Positions 1 to 12,440 of a DNA stretch of 64,000 bases are shown here, piece after piece. The stretch covers positions 1-64,000 of the forward strand of contig CAUYUJ010000327.1 in assembly GCA_963575745.1 (NCBI GenBank), in the 5' to 3' direction. Each line of letters opens with the position of its first letter. Positions within the stretch are counted from its first letter, which is position 1. A program made the position numbers and the translations under genes. The stretch comes from Prorocentrum cordatum. Taxonomy: Eukaryota. The notes beneath the pieces are model-generated. The model searched no databases and was not told the DNA's origin. It was given only the letters and a program-made list of their open reading frames with translations.

Positions 1-1291
1 CTCCTCCTCCTCCTCCTCCTCCTCCTCCTCCTCCTCCTCCTCCTCCTCACTGCTCTTCCACCCTCGTCGCTGTCCCCCCCTCCTCAACTTCCCCGCTCGA
101 GGTTCGAGGATAGGCGTAGGGGGGGATGCATCGACCCCCAATCGCCCATTGATCGCCGATATGGGCCCGATAGCCCCAAGCTGCCCAGGAAGGTGCGGAC
201 TCGCTATCAGAGGCCCATCGCCGATTTATCGGCGATGTATCGCCGATTTCAGGTCGATGCATCTCCCCCTATGCCAGTCCCCCCATATCGATGCCCCCTC
301 ATCCTGCCTTCTCCTCAATGTTTTTCCACCCTCATCGCTGTCCCCCCTCTTCTTCCCCGCTCGAGGTTCGAGGTTTCTGGGCGCTTACGTCGTTTCTTGG
401 CTGTTTTCTAGCCAGCAGCTGCGTCTCGCCGAGGGCGTTCCCGGGGTGCCGGGATCGTCCCAAACGGCCGCCGGAGACCTGAGTTATGACCCAAAAACCT
501 TATCCTGCCTCCTCCTCCTCACTGCTCTTCCACCCTCGTCCTTTCGAAGAAGAGAAAACGACATGGGCATAAACTTGTGGCGCTCCGCTCGGGTTTCTTG
601 GATCCGCGCTGGGTCCCCCCCGCCGGCGCCTCCAACGCCGCCCCTGGCGCGCTCCGCGCGCCAGGGAGGGAGGTCCGGCGCGGATCCAAGAAATCCGCGC
701 GGAGCGCCACAAGTTTATGTTTATGGCGCTTTTTGTTCTTCTATCCTCACTGTTTTTCCACCCTCGTCGCTGTCCCCCCTCTTCTTCCCCGCCTCTTCTC
801 CTCAGTATCCTTGCCGAGGTTCCTTCTCTGCCCTGCCCCCGGCCCTCCTCCCTCCTCGTCCTCGTCCCCCCTCCTGCACCTCGTCATCCTCATCCCTCCC
901 ATCTCCTACACCCCGCTCTCGGCGGCGAGCGAGGGGGGGAAGTGAGAAGGAGAAGGCCCTCGCAGACGTGGCTTCTCAGGGATGCCCCGCGCCTTCTGAG
1001 AAGTGTTCGGTGTCTTCGGGGAAGGCTCAGACATCTTCTCAGAAAGCCGGGGGACTTCCGAGCCTTCTGAGAAGGCCCGCCCCTTCTCAGTTCCCCCCCG
1101 CGCTCGCCGCCAAGAGGTGGGCTCGTCAGCGACGAGTGAGGGACTTGTGCAAGGCTTTCGAGGTTCGAGGTGCTCTAGCGTGTTCGGTGGCTCTCGGCGG
1201 TTTTCTAGCTCCGGGGGCGTTCCAGGGGTGCCTGGATCGTCCCGAACGGCCGCCGGAGAACATTGCTCGGAGAAGGAAAAAGGTACCGATA

Positions 1292-1460
1292 CAGTCAAGC
1301 CGTATTATCAGAACGCACGAGAAGGATGCAAAGGCCTTGGAAGGCCAATTTCGACATTAGGCGGGCGGGGCGCAGCCAGTGAAAGCGGCCAAGGATGGGC
1401 CGAAGAGAATGGATGTAAGGGCAGCCTTGGAGAGTGGATCCTTACTATGCGGGTTGACTG
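1292..1460. mobile_element. MITE family C (CAGTCAA...TTGACTG, TA flanks); relatives at 7653-7809, 7811-8032, 56819-56989
   Basis: Short CAGT TIRs; shared interior (AGTAAGGATGAGC motif or its reverse complement) in three of the copies. Confidence 0.65.
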
Positions 1461-3344
1461 TGTCACTACCGCTACCCTTCGTCCGTTTTCCCCTTTTGCG
1501 CTTTCCTGGATTCGCCTCGAAGTTATAGTCAGAACCCGCCCCCAGGAGAGGTCTGGGGAGTAGCGGCATCAGTACCCCTTAGTTTCCTCAGCACAGGCGG
1601 GGCCGATTAGTAGGTCGTGCCTGCCAAACCACGGGTACCCTTCTGTCCTGTGCGTCGCTCCTCGCGTCCTTCGCCTTCGCGCGGCAAGTATGCCCTTGTG
1701 TCCTGTGGCTTTGAGGGAGCATGTTCCCGTCGGAAGAGTCTTGTGCCCTGTCGCGTGTCCTGTGCAATCGGCCCCGCCTTGTATGTCCTCGCAGTTCCGT
1801 CTTCTGAGGGCATTCGCGTGCGCCAGCCTCTGGCGATCGATGAGAAGGCACCGATCGAGCGTCGGTGTGGCGCCGGATTCGCGTCCGGTCGCGTCTGCCA
1901 GCGCCGAGTTCGCAAGAGCCAGCGAGATGGCACGGGAGACCCCCATGAGTTGCCGCCTTAGTTGCCTCGATACGCCCGTTTTGAAACGCAATACGTCCCG
2001 TGTTCAAGACGCCCGTGTCAATACGTTGCGTGTTGGCTCCACGTATTGGACCACGTTTTGGCGAATGTATCGCGTCGGGCCTACGTTTTCAGCCTACGTG
2101 TTGAGCTCCGTATCAATACGATACGTGTTGCGTGTTGCGTATCGGGGCAGCTAAGTTTGGGCCATCTCGGGGTGGTCCGGAGGCTCGGGAGGACCGTTGG
2201 AAGCCGCGGCGAGGAGGGCAAATCAGGCACGAGCTCTCAGTGATGTTGGACTTGGGGCTCTCGGGGGCATCCTGGGGAGGCCCGCAGCAGATTGCGTGTT
2301 GCGTATCGGGGCAATTTAGTTCGTGGTCTGCGCAAAATGTTCTTAGAACATTTCTGGCTGGGGCTGCCTTGTTTTAAAACATCGGTTTCATGTTCTAGGA
2401 ACACCCCCCCGATCGAAAGGACTATCAAGCCTGCTCGGATGCTGATGTGTTTTGTGTGCCAAGCGCAGGTAGCTTTCGCCCTCCAGGGGCTCTTCAGCCG
2501 AACTGGCACTGCACAGAGGCATCGGATGAAAGGTCGCTCGCATGCACAATTTTCGAAAACGTCCAGGCCCTACCCTCCCTGCCACTGCCTGGGCTGCCGC
2601 AGCTAAGGCGGGCTGGGGCTGCGGGCTCCCTGCCGCCGCCGCCCTGGCGGCCCTCTTCCTGGCCTCCTACGGCGTCGGGGAGCGCCTGGCGCAGACGTGC
2701 GGGCACGTCCACAGCTCGGAGGGCACCGGCGGCACACCGGCACCGAGCCCGTTGGCTCGGGCCGCTGCCCGGGCCATTTGGCTCGGGGTGTGCACGCCCG
2801 CCCGGCCTGCGCAGGGAGGAGGGGCGAGGAGGAGGAGCGGGGAGGAGCGGGGAGGAGGGGCGAGGAGGAGGGGCGAGGAGGAGCGAGGAGGAGCGAGGAG
2901 GAGGGGCGAGGAGGAGGAGGAGCGGGGCGGAGGAGCGAGTCGGAGCGTGGAGGAGACTGGACGCGAGGAGGAGCGAGGAGGAGCGAGGAGGAGGAGGAGG
3001 AGGAGGAGGAGGAGGAGGGGGAGGAGGAGGAGAAGGAGGAGGAGGAGGAGGAGGAGAGGAGGAGGAGGAGGAGGAGGAGGACGAGAGGAGAGGAGGAGAG
3101 GAGAGGAGGAGGAGGAGGAGGAGGCGGAGGAGGAGGAGCGAGGAGGAGGAGCGAGGAGAAGGAGTAGAGTGGATGCGCCGATCCTGGGCCCAGGAGCGGC
3201 CTGGCCAGGGCGCCGGTGCAGGTGTAGAAAAGTTGGCGCCCTCCCAAGACATCGTCTCCCCCCCCGCGTTCGCGGTGGTGTGCGACTGCTGCCTGGCCGT
3301 GTTGCAGGCCCTGGGCGCGCTCCTGCTCCTGGCGTGGACGTGTC

Positions 3345-3512
3345 GGGGGCGGCCAAGAGGGGGGCGATGACCAGGGGGGATATCATGGCGGGGGCCATGA
3401 TATCTCCCCAGTAAAACGTCCCTGCCCCCCCCTCCCCCCCCCGGGCCGCGCACATGCCGCCAGCCATGATTTGCGCCCCCGCTCTTGGACGCCCCTCTCT
3501 TGGCCACCCCCG
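3345..3512. repeat. Dispersed ~170-bp TIR repeat; copies ~10078-10272 and ~52975-53152
   Basis: Shared gatatca(c/t)ggcgggggcc...gccgcgcacatgccgcc core; ggcggccaagagggg/ccctcttggccg ends. Confidence 0.65.
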
Positions 3513-5789
3513 AACGTGGGCGCTCGCTTTTCCCACCGCCTGCGGTGACTCGGCTGCAGGGGCCACGAGCTGCTCAGAGACCCGGCGCTGCGAGGCACAC
3601 ATGCGGCATCGCGGAGAATCACGGCAGGAGCCCCAGTCAGCATCGGTCAACCGACTTTCTATCCTCATCCTTATCCAGACCCCCACCATCGCAGCACCCG
3701 AGTTGGGGATGTACCCCTCGAAACCCGAAGGAAACAGCCTACATCCCCATCTACTTAGGGGGGTGATTCGGCCAGTTGGGCCCAGGTCACGCCCATAGTC
3801 GACTCCTCCAATTCGGTTCGATTGGCTTTCGACGGCTGCCGAATCCGATTCGATTCAACTTCGGCTCCCGATCTGGATCCCGACTGCTCCACGGAGGCCT
3901 TGGCAGCCTGACGATCCCCGAAGAATCGCGAGAGGAGTGCCCGGCCTTGGAGCCAGCGGTGGGTCTGCGGGGTCCCAGCACCGTTCCTCCGCGAGCAGGA
4001 AGGGGTTAGAGAGGCCCGAGGCGCGCTGGGCTCGGTAAGCTCTTGCTGCCCGCCTCGACCTCTTCGGGATTCGGGGGTTGTTCTTGTTCTGGGTTCGAGG
4101 CGCTGGGTTCTTGTTCTGGGTTCGAGGCGCTGGGTTCGGGAAGGGGTGAGAGGCTCGAGGCGCTGGGTTCGGGCCGTGGTCGGACCCTGGGACCGTCCAG
4201 GCCTGTCCTGGCGTGGGAGTGTGCAGCGGGTGGGCCATGCGAGGGGTCCGGGGACCGATCTAGACCGGATTCTGGCCTCACCAGCCCACCCTGACCGACT
4301 TCTTGCCTTCCGCCCCAGACCCCCGCTCTCTTCTGTACTTCCTGAGCCGCATCCGCATCGATCTGCTAGGTCACCCGTGGGGAGCGCGAAGATGATCTCC
4401 GAGGCGGGAATTGATACATGACCACCGCCTGGAGGATCAATGTTCGGGGACCTCGGCAGGCGGTGGATATGGATATGGATGTATGGATGTATGTATGTAT
4501 GTATGTATGTATGTATGTATATATAATATATATATATATATATTAATATATATATATATATTCGGGCCCCCGGGGGGCACCATCTATCCATATACAGGAC
4601 GTCGGTTCCCATGCGGTGGATATATTATGAGTCTCTTGATCAGCGTCGGGGGGGCGTCCCCTCCGCCGACAGCCCCACATCGACCCCCGTCGCGGGCAGC
4701 CACCGCGCGCCGAAGGCGCTCCGACCCCCGTCGCGGCGCGACCACGAGGCGAGGTGGACCCCCGGATGGGGGGTTACACCGCACTCACATCTATACCCCT
4801 GGGTGGGTGTATGTGCGGCCGTTTTTGCGCTGTCATGTGCGCGCATGTGCGCGGCATGTGCCAGTCATGTGCCAGGCCTGTGCGGTCCTTCTTGGATGGA
4901 CTTCCTACTGTGCACGTCGTGCCCGGGCATGTGCGGGGGCATGTGCGCTGTGTTTTGATGTATCCATCATACGCACATGCACGCACAGTCCGACGCACAT
5001 GCGCGCACATGCCTGCACATGCGGGAGGTGTTCGAGAATCGCAGATCTGTCATCGGCACATGCACGCACATGCCTGTGCAACCTCTCTTCGGGAGGCCGC
5101 GCGGGCCCGCACATGCACGCACATGCGGTGAAGCGCGCGGGCGCACATGCGTGCACATCCCAATGCACATGCACGCTCATGCCTTAGGAGCTGTCTGGGA
5201 CCCCTGTGCCTCCAATGCCTCCTGGCCTTCGCAGAGCTAACCTGGGGCGTGCCAGGGTTTCCTGAAAGAGTTTGTTGTGCGTTTAGACTCGCCCGCTGCT
5301 GGCGGGGGCGGTTATTTGCCCCGTTCGTGAGCTGGCGGTGGCGCGCCCGCCTAATAAAATACTCTCCCGCGCGCCTTCTCAGCTCGGCCGGAGAAGCAGG
5401 GATGGGGGGGGGGGGAGGTGGAGGGGAGGGGGAGGAGGGGGGAGCGGAGGAGGCGGGCGCCCCCGGCCACTGGCCAGCCTGCCTGTTCGGCTCGGCCAGA
5501 GGAGAAGGAGGAGGAGAAGGAGGAGGAGGAGGAGGAGGAGGAGGTGAGAGTTGCGAGGCTGTCTCAGGCGAAAGTGGCTTGACGGCCCGAGCTCAGGGAA
5601 TCTCGGAATCGCTGGCCTGGCTCGGCCACCGGCGAGCTCGGCCTGTGCGAATACTGTGCGTACCTGTGCAGTGCATGTGCGGGACGTGCAAGAATGCCGG
5701 GGCCGGCGTTCGTCTCCGGACGCCGGCGCGTTCGCGTCCGGCCAGTTCCGCGTGAGACGTCGTCGGCAATTTGGAGGCCGACGTGCTTT

Positions 5790-6720
5790 GAATGAAGTGA
5801 TCTGGCCACCTTCGCCTGAGACATCCTCGCAACTCTGGTCTCGGAGATGCCCTGCCCCATGGTGGCCCGGCCACTTTCGCTTGAGACATCCTCGGGACTC
5901 TGGGTTTCGAGACGCCCTGAGCTGAGGTGGTTAGACCACTTTCGCATGAGACATCCTCGCAACTCTGACCTCAGAGATCTCCTGCCCCATGCTGGTCAGG
6001 CCACGGTCGCCTGAGACATCCTCGCAAGTCTCGATTCCGATATGCCCCGAGCTGAGGTGGTCAGCCACTGTCGCCTGAGACATCCTCGCAACCCTGATCT
6101 CAATGATGCCCTGCTCGATAGTGTCTCGGCCCCTTTCGCCTGAGACATCCTCGGAACTCAGGGTTCCGAGACGCCCTGAGTTGAGGTGGTTAGACCATTT
6201 TCGCTTTAGACATCCTCGCCCGAGATGCCCTGAGTTGAGCTGTGCAGGCCACTTTTGCCTGAGACATCCTCGCAATTCTGTTCTCAATGATGCCCTGCTC
6301 CATAGTGTCTCGGCCTTTTTCGCCTGAGACCCTCGCAACTCTGGGTTCTGAGATGCCCTGAGCAGGTGGTCAGGCCAGTCCTGCCTGAGACATCCTCGCA
6401 ACTCTGGGCTCCGAGATGCCCTGGGCTGAGGTGGTCAGACCACTCTCCCCAGAGACATCCTCGCAACTCTGACCTCAGAGATCTCCTGCCCCATGGTGGT
6501 CAGGCCACTTTCGCTTGAGACATCCTCACAACTCAGACCTCGGAGGTGTCCTGCCCCATGGTCGTCTGGTCACCTTGACCAGCGACATCCTCGCCACTCT
6601 GGTTTCCAAGATGCCCTGCCCCATGGTGATCCGGCCACGCTTGCCTGAGACATCCTCGGAACTCTGGGTTGCGAAATGCCCCGAGCTCAGGTGGTCAGGC
6701 CACTATCGCCTGCGACATCT
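5790..6720. repeat. 65-bp minisatellite, ~14 units
   Basis: cgcctgagacatcctcg recurs at 5813, 5878, 5943, 6008, 6072, 6137 and onward. Confidence 0.9.
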
Positions 6721-8250
6721 CTGCGGCATGTGCGGGCATGTGCGTCTATGCTTTCAGAGTTTTGCTTGACCGTGCATTCGACTGTGCGTCGGACGGTGTG
6801 GCATGTGCGCGCATGTGCGGCAATGCTGTTGAGGCTTTTGTATATTTGCATGGGCATGTGCATGCGACTGTGCGGCATGTGCCTGCATGTGCGGCCCCTT
6901 CCGGACCACAATTTCAAAGTGAGCACTATAGAAGTGAGCGCTATAGAAGTGAGTCCGGTGTACCCCCCCACGCTCATTGTTGGTAAGAAACCCCGAGCCG
7001 AGAAACCCCCGCCTCGCAGTAGCTGGAGGAGGAGGAGGAGGAGGAGGAGGAGGAGGAGCGAGGAGGGAGAGGAGGAGGAGGAGGAGGAGCGAGGAGGAGC
7101 GCTTCCTGGGCCGCACGGATCTGCTGCGGGCCACCCGTGGGGGGTGGGCGTGCGGGGACAACGAGCGCGCGCCGCGGTCCGGTCCGGGCCGGAGCGGCGG
7201 GCCTGCTCTCTCCGGGGGGGGGGGGGGGGCCGGCGCGAGGGCGCGGAGAGAGGCGAGCGCCGCGCTGCGCTGCGCGCGGGGCGCGGAGCGCGGCGTGGGG
7301 CCACCTGCAGTTCCGTCGGGCATGTCCCTCGAGGGAGCTTCAAAAATGGTGCTCCAGATTTCGTAATAAAGGGAGGGGGGTCTCATTTCGGGGGGGGGGG
7401 TCTCTTCCAGGCCATCTTGGAGGGCCCGGGGGGGTCTAGGGACGATGTTCTGGAGGGTTCTCCCACGGGGGAGGTCTGAAATGGCTTGTCTTGGAGGGTC
7501 CAGGCCCCCTCCCTTTTATTACGAAATCTGGAGTAAACCAATCGTCAGGAGACTCTTTTTCTAGTATGGTTTGCTATTCTGGGGTATGTTTTAGTATATC
7601 TTTTTTGTCGTCCAGAAGCCGCCTGCAGGGGGCCACGCCCGACTTAAACCTACAGTTAGCCCGCACAGTAAGGATGAGCAGCTGTCCAAGGCTACCCTGG
7701 CATCCTGCCCCGTCGGCCCATCCTTGGCCGCTTTCGCTGGCCAGCTTCCGCCGAAAAACGTCAACGTGGCTTTCCAAAACCCTTGGCATCGTTGCCGCGC
7801 AGCCTGACTACAGTTGAGCATCTGATTAAGAAACAATATTCCAAAAAGCTGGGCCAGCGCTTCTCAATCAACTTTCGGGAACGCTGGCCCAGTTTCTTGA
7901 GCACGTTCGCCCCTCCAGCATGAACAACAGAAGTTGGCCATGGCTTGCTTTCAGAACCTTCTGGGAAGCTGACCCAGACATCTGAAATTATGATTTTCTT
8001 GATCGCATTCTCGGCTGTATATGGGTTGACTGTAGGACCTGTGAGGGTCCCTCCCGAATGGGGTCCGAGTAGATGGGGTCGGGTCGGAGTACGCACCGCA
8101 TCGCCGATGCATCGGCGATGCGGCTCGATGCGAAGCCCGGCTTTCTTTAACGCGGTCGGCGCCGATGCATTGCCGACGTCGCCAATGCATCGCCTATGCA
8201 TCGGCGAAGTATCGCCGATGCATCGACGATGCGTCGAACCCCAGTTAGGA

Positions 8251-8415
8251 CTAAGTCGGGCCTATCCCTCTACAGGAGGAATATTCAAAAAAATGTCACA
8301 AGATGTCTGGGACGATCTTTCTGGTATGTTTGTTGACTATTGCTGTGTATGTGTTGCTCTGTTTCATTTGTCATCGGAAATCCCCTCTGCACGTAGGAGG
8401 ACACGCCCGACCTAA
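8251..8415 (+). mobile_element. MITE family A (TIR TTAAGTCGGGC...GCCCGACCTAA, 8-bp TSD; hAT/Buster-like)
   Basis: ~25-bp TIRs; TSD agttagga/acttagga. Confidence 0.8.
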
Positions 8416-8719
8416 ACTTAGGAGGCCTCTCTAGTCCCTGGGCCTGCGTGCCACGAACGAGGCAGCGCCCGGATCTCCGAGCGTGTCCGCTCCGCCATGC
8501 TGCGCCTCTCGCGGCCGCTGCGCGCGCGCCAGCGCGCGGTCGCCGCGGCCGCCCTGGGCGCCCTGGCGGCCGTCTGGCTGCTCGCGGGGCGCTGCGGCTC
8601 CTACGCCGCCTTCGCGGGAACCCGGAGGAGGAAAAGAGACCCACGAAGATCCCCGTTCGCGCTGTAAGAGAAAAGAAACAAAAAACTAAAAACACACGGC
8701 GGGAGATGTTCGCAATTTT

Positions 8720-9110
8720 CTGCCTCTGGGGGCGCCGACTGGGCCTCGGGGCCTTCAAAAAAATATTCAGGATGGGAAAACGGTCTTGGGGAAAGGGGTC
8801 CAGAATTCTAGGGGTCGACTTTGCGAGAAAAAAAACGACGTCGGGGTTCACTGCAGGCTGCTACCCTTGCCTCGTTGTCCCCTTCTGGGGCATCCTGGGA
8901 GGTCATCGTCGCCACCGCTGGATTCGTTTCCAAGTCCTGGTCAGAACTCGCCCCAGGAGAGGTCTGGGGAGTAGCGGTCACAGACCCCCGACGTCGTGAT
9001 CTTTTCACAACGTCGACCCCCAGAAGTCTGGACCCTTTCCCCGCGACCAGTTCTTCGTCCTGAGCCGTTTTTTGACGGTCCCGAGGCCGGGTTGGTGCCA
9101 CCGGAGGCCG
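8720..9110. mobile_element. Long-TIR element; single arms at ~10480-10650, ~20160-20340, ~23830-23950, ~59985-60135
   Basis: ggggtccagaattctaggggtcgac...acgacgtcgggg is mirrored by ccccgacgtcgt...gtcgacccccagaagtctggaccc. Confidence 0.6.
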
Positions 9111-10801
9111 ACAGTACAGTCGGGGCGCTGCAGAAAGAACCCTTTTCGTTTGGAAGGGGCTCAGTGTTCCTTAGTTGTTGTACAGTCTGCCTTAGGTGCT
9201 CCTTAGGTTTTCCATGGGAGATCCAAGTTCACCTTGTGGAACATGGGCCTCGTTCCTTGTCTAGGGTTCCTTAGGTCAACGCCCCGACTGCAGAGAAAAG
9301 CCTCACAGTGCGAGGGGAGAGCATGCTGCTTCGCATGAGTTTGATGCCACTGAATGGAAACAGTGGATCGGTCTTGTGTGCTGACGCAGAAGCTGTGTTG
9401 TTTTTTGCTGGTAGTGGGCCAGCTTATGATGCCAGCCCATGCCCACCCCGGAACTCTTTTTGTATCCCCACTTGGATCGCCGCGGGGGTTGCTAAGAGGA
9501 TTGGGGAATACAAGTGGATGCCAAGGTGGGTTGTATCCAGCCTAACCCAGCTTAGAAGTGGGTTGCACGTGCCCTAAGTGGCTTAAGGGCGTACAGATCT
9601 GGGCTAAGTGGGCGGAGCCCACTCAGCGGAGTTCCCTCATCATCGTAAGCCACCAAAGGCACTTGTAACCCACTTTTCCACGCCGGTCGTTGAAAGTAGG
9701 GGTTTTTAGATTCCCAGATCCCAATCTGCTTCAAGCGCCTTCCTACTTCAAGAATCGACACGATGTTGCTGTGTTTTGCTATTCTCTGGGAGGACCTGGA
9801 CCCAATCCACTACATCCGCCTTTCTACTTCCTGCTTTTACCTCCATCGTCCGACCGACGTGTAAGCCCCACTTTTAGCATCCACTTCTGGCCCCCCCACC
9901 CCCTTAGGCAACCCGCCGCGGCGATCCGAGCAGGCACGCTCGACGCCTGCCTCGGGCCCCTGCTGACCGGCGACGGGGTCCTGGAGGCGCCCAGCTCGGG
10001 GACGAGCCGCGGAGGGGCCCCCCCCCCGGGACGGGCCGCAGGGAGGGAAGCACGACGTCGGGCCTGTCCCTTTTTCGCGGGGGCGGCAGAGAGGGGGGTG
10101 ATGACCAGGGGGGGGGGGGCGGATATCACGGCGGGGGCCGCGATATCTCCCCAGGTCTCATGGCGCCTCTTCTTGTTTCATTGCGTCCCTGGCCCCCCCG
10201 CTGGGCCGCGCACATGCCGCCAGCCATGATTTGCACCCCCCCCTCTTGGACGCCCCCCTCTTGGCCGCTCCCGGTTTACAGGAGGAGTATCCAAAAATAG
10301 CCACCAAACAAATGGGGCGATGCTTCTACTATGTTTGTGATGTTCAGTGCTCTGTCTGACTATGTTTTATCTGCGTCCAAACTCCGCCTGTAGGGGGGAC
10401 ACGCCCGACTTACGAGAAGCACGGGCTTTCGGAGGCCAGCGCGGGTTTCTTGGATCCCAGGCCCCCTCGCGCTGCGAAAAAATCACGACGGGCGGTTTCT
10501 TCAACTAGGTGCTGCCTCCGGGGGGCTCTGCTGGGCCTCGGGAGCGTCAAACAACGACTCGGGATGACGAAAAGGCCGGTCCCGGGGAGGGGGTCCAGAC
10601 TTCTGGGGGTCGACGTTTTGAAAAACACGACGTCGGCGGTCGGGGTGGGGGTCAGCGCGGGTTTCTTGGATCGGTGCTGGACCCCCCTCCCCTGGCGCGC
10701 GGACGCGGGGCCGCGCCGCACGCGCCGCCAAGGGGGTCGGCGCTGAGTGAGGACCGAAGGGGGTATATTCAGGCAACGGCGCGCCTCGGCCAGGAGTAGG
10801 T

Positions 10802-10983
10802 TTACGTCGGGCCTGTCCCTCTACAGAAGGAATAGTCAAAAATTGCCACACACACACACACACCAAAAAAAAACAGGCAGTCTGGGGACGATGTTCCTAG
10901 TATTTTTGACCATTTGGGCTTATTTGTTTTGTATTTTTATGCTTCGTCCACAAGGCCCCTGTTGGAGGACAGGCCCGACTTGA
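10802..10983 (+). mobile_element. MITE family A copy
   Basis: TIRs; TSD gagtaggt/gagtaggc. Confidence 0.8.
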
Positions 10984-11678
10984 GAGTAGGCCCCCCGACT
11001 TGAGAGTAGGTCCCCCGAGCCAAATAGAAGGACGGGCCCCAACGCCCGAGCCCCTCCTGAGCCCAGAGTGCTTTCCGTTAGCTGTCTCGACTGTAGAGGG
11101 GAAGGGGAAGAGGCGTACCCCAAGTCCCTGATTCACCGACCCCGCCCCCCCTAAAAAACCCGACCCCCCTCCGAATGCGACCTGGTAGTCCGGACCTCCC
11201 CCTTCGACGGGGCGCCTTACGAAACCGGACCCCCGGGGCTCCAATCCAGAGGGAGCGCCCTCATAAACCGGACCCCCCCAGTTACAAAACAGGCGCCACA
11301 AAAAACCGGACCCCGGGGGACGATTTATAAGGGATTTGGAGTACCCATACATTGTCGAAGGTCCATGCGGATTTCTTGGATCGGCGCTGGACCCCCCACC
11401 CCTGGCGCGCGGACGCGCCAGGGGCCGCGCCGCATGCGCCGCCAGGTTGCGTCGGCGCCGATCCGAACAATCCCAGCGGACCTCCGAAAGTTTGTGCTCA
11501 TGTCGTTTAATGGGAGGTGGCGCATCATGACCTGAGGCACGTTGCGCGGGCGAGGGGGGGGGGCCAGGGGACCTGGTGAAATGACAAGAAGACAACGAAG
11601 CAGAAACATAAGAAGGAGGAGGAGGAGGAGAAGAAGAAGAGGGGGACATGACATCTGGGAGACTTCGTGGCCCCGGCC

Positions 11679-11930
11679 ATGGCCACCCACCCCTCTCGGA
11701 CGCCCCCGACCATCTGGCTCAGCGAGTTCGGGACCGACGTGGAGGACCTCTACTGGAAGTACCTCATGCAGTACATGCACCAGCACCGCCTGGACTTTGC
11801 TTACTGGAGCATCAACGGCGAGAAGAGCCCCGGCGAAGAGGAGCTCTACGGCCTGCTCGAGGCCGACTCCGCCACCGTGCGGCACCCCTGGAAGCTCCGC
11901 GCGCTCCAGGCCCTGCTCGTGCCGCCGGGG
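11679..11930 (+). CDS. Glycoside hydrolase family 5 (cellulase-like) C-terminal exon or fragment
   Basis: IWLSEFGT (nucleophile Glu)...YWKYLMQY...LDFAYWSING...EELYGLL..D...RHPWKLRALQAL; very high GC3; boundaries approximate. Confidence 0.75.
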
Positions 11931-12009
11931 AACTTCTCGTGCCGCGATGCGCGTATGCAAGAGACGTCGCCCGCGGCCTCGCAAAAATTGCCGAGCACGC
12001 GCGTGCGCT

Positions 12010-12011
12010 GC

Positions 12012-12066
<55 letters not shown>

Positions 12067-12067
12067 C

Positions 12068-12121
<54 letters not shown>

Positions 12122-12323
12122 CTGAGTGATGGTGATGATGATGGTGATGATGCTGATGCTGATGATGATGGTGATGCTGGTGATGATGGTGATGATGATG
12201 GTGATGGTGGTGGTGATGATGATGATGCTGATGACGATGATAATAATGATGATGATAATGATGATGATGATAATGATGAGGATGATGAGGATGACCATGA
12301 GGATGAGGATGAGGATGAGGATG

Positions 12324-12362
<39 letters not shown>

Positions 12363-12440
12363 CTGATGATGATGCTGATGATGATGATGATGATGATGAT
12401 GATGACGAGGATGATGACGGTGGTGCTGATGAGGATGCTG
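12010..12440. repeat. Compound (TGT)n/(GAT)n microsatellite
   Basis: Direct inspection. Confidence 0.95.

Noticed and set aside
9300..9880. Lower-GC, non-repetitive segments (also ~23150-23420, 25790-26150, 53600-54070) as genes or TE relics
   Set aside because: No recognisable motif in the frames I read; a translated search would be needed.
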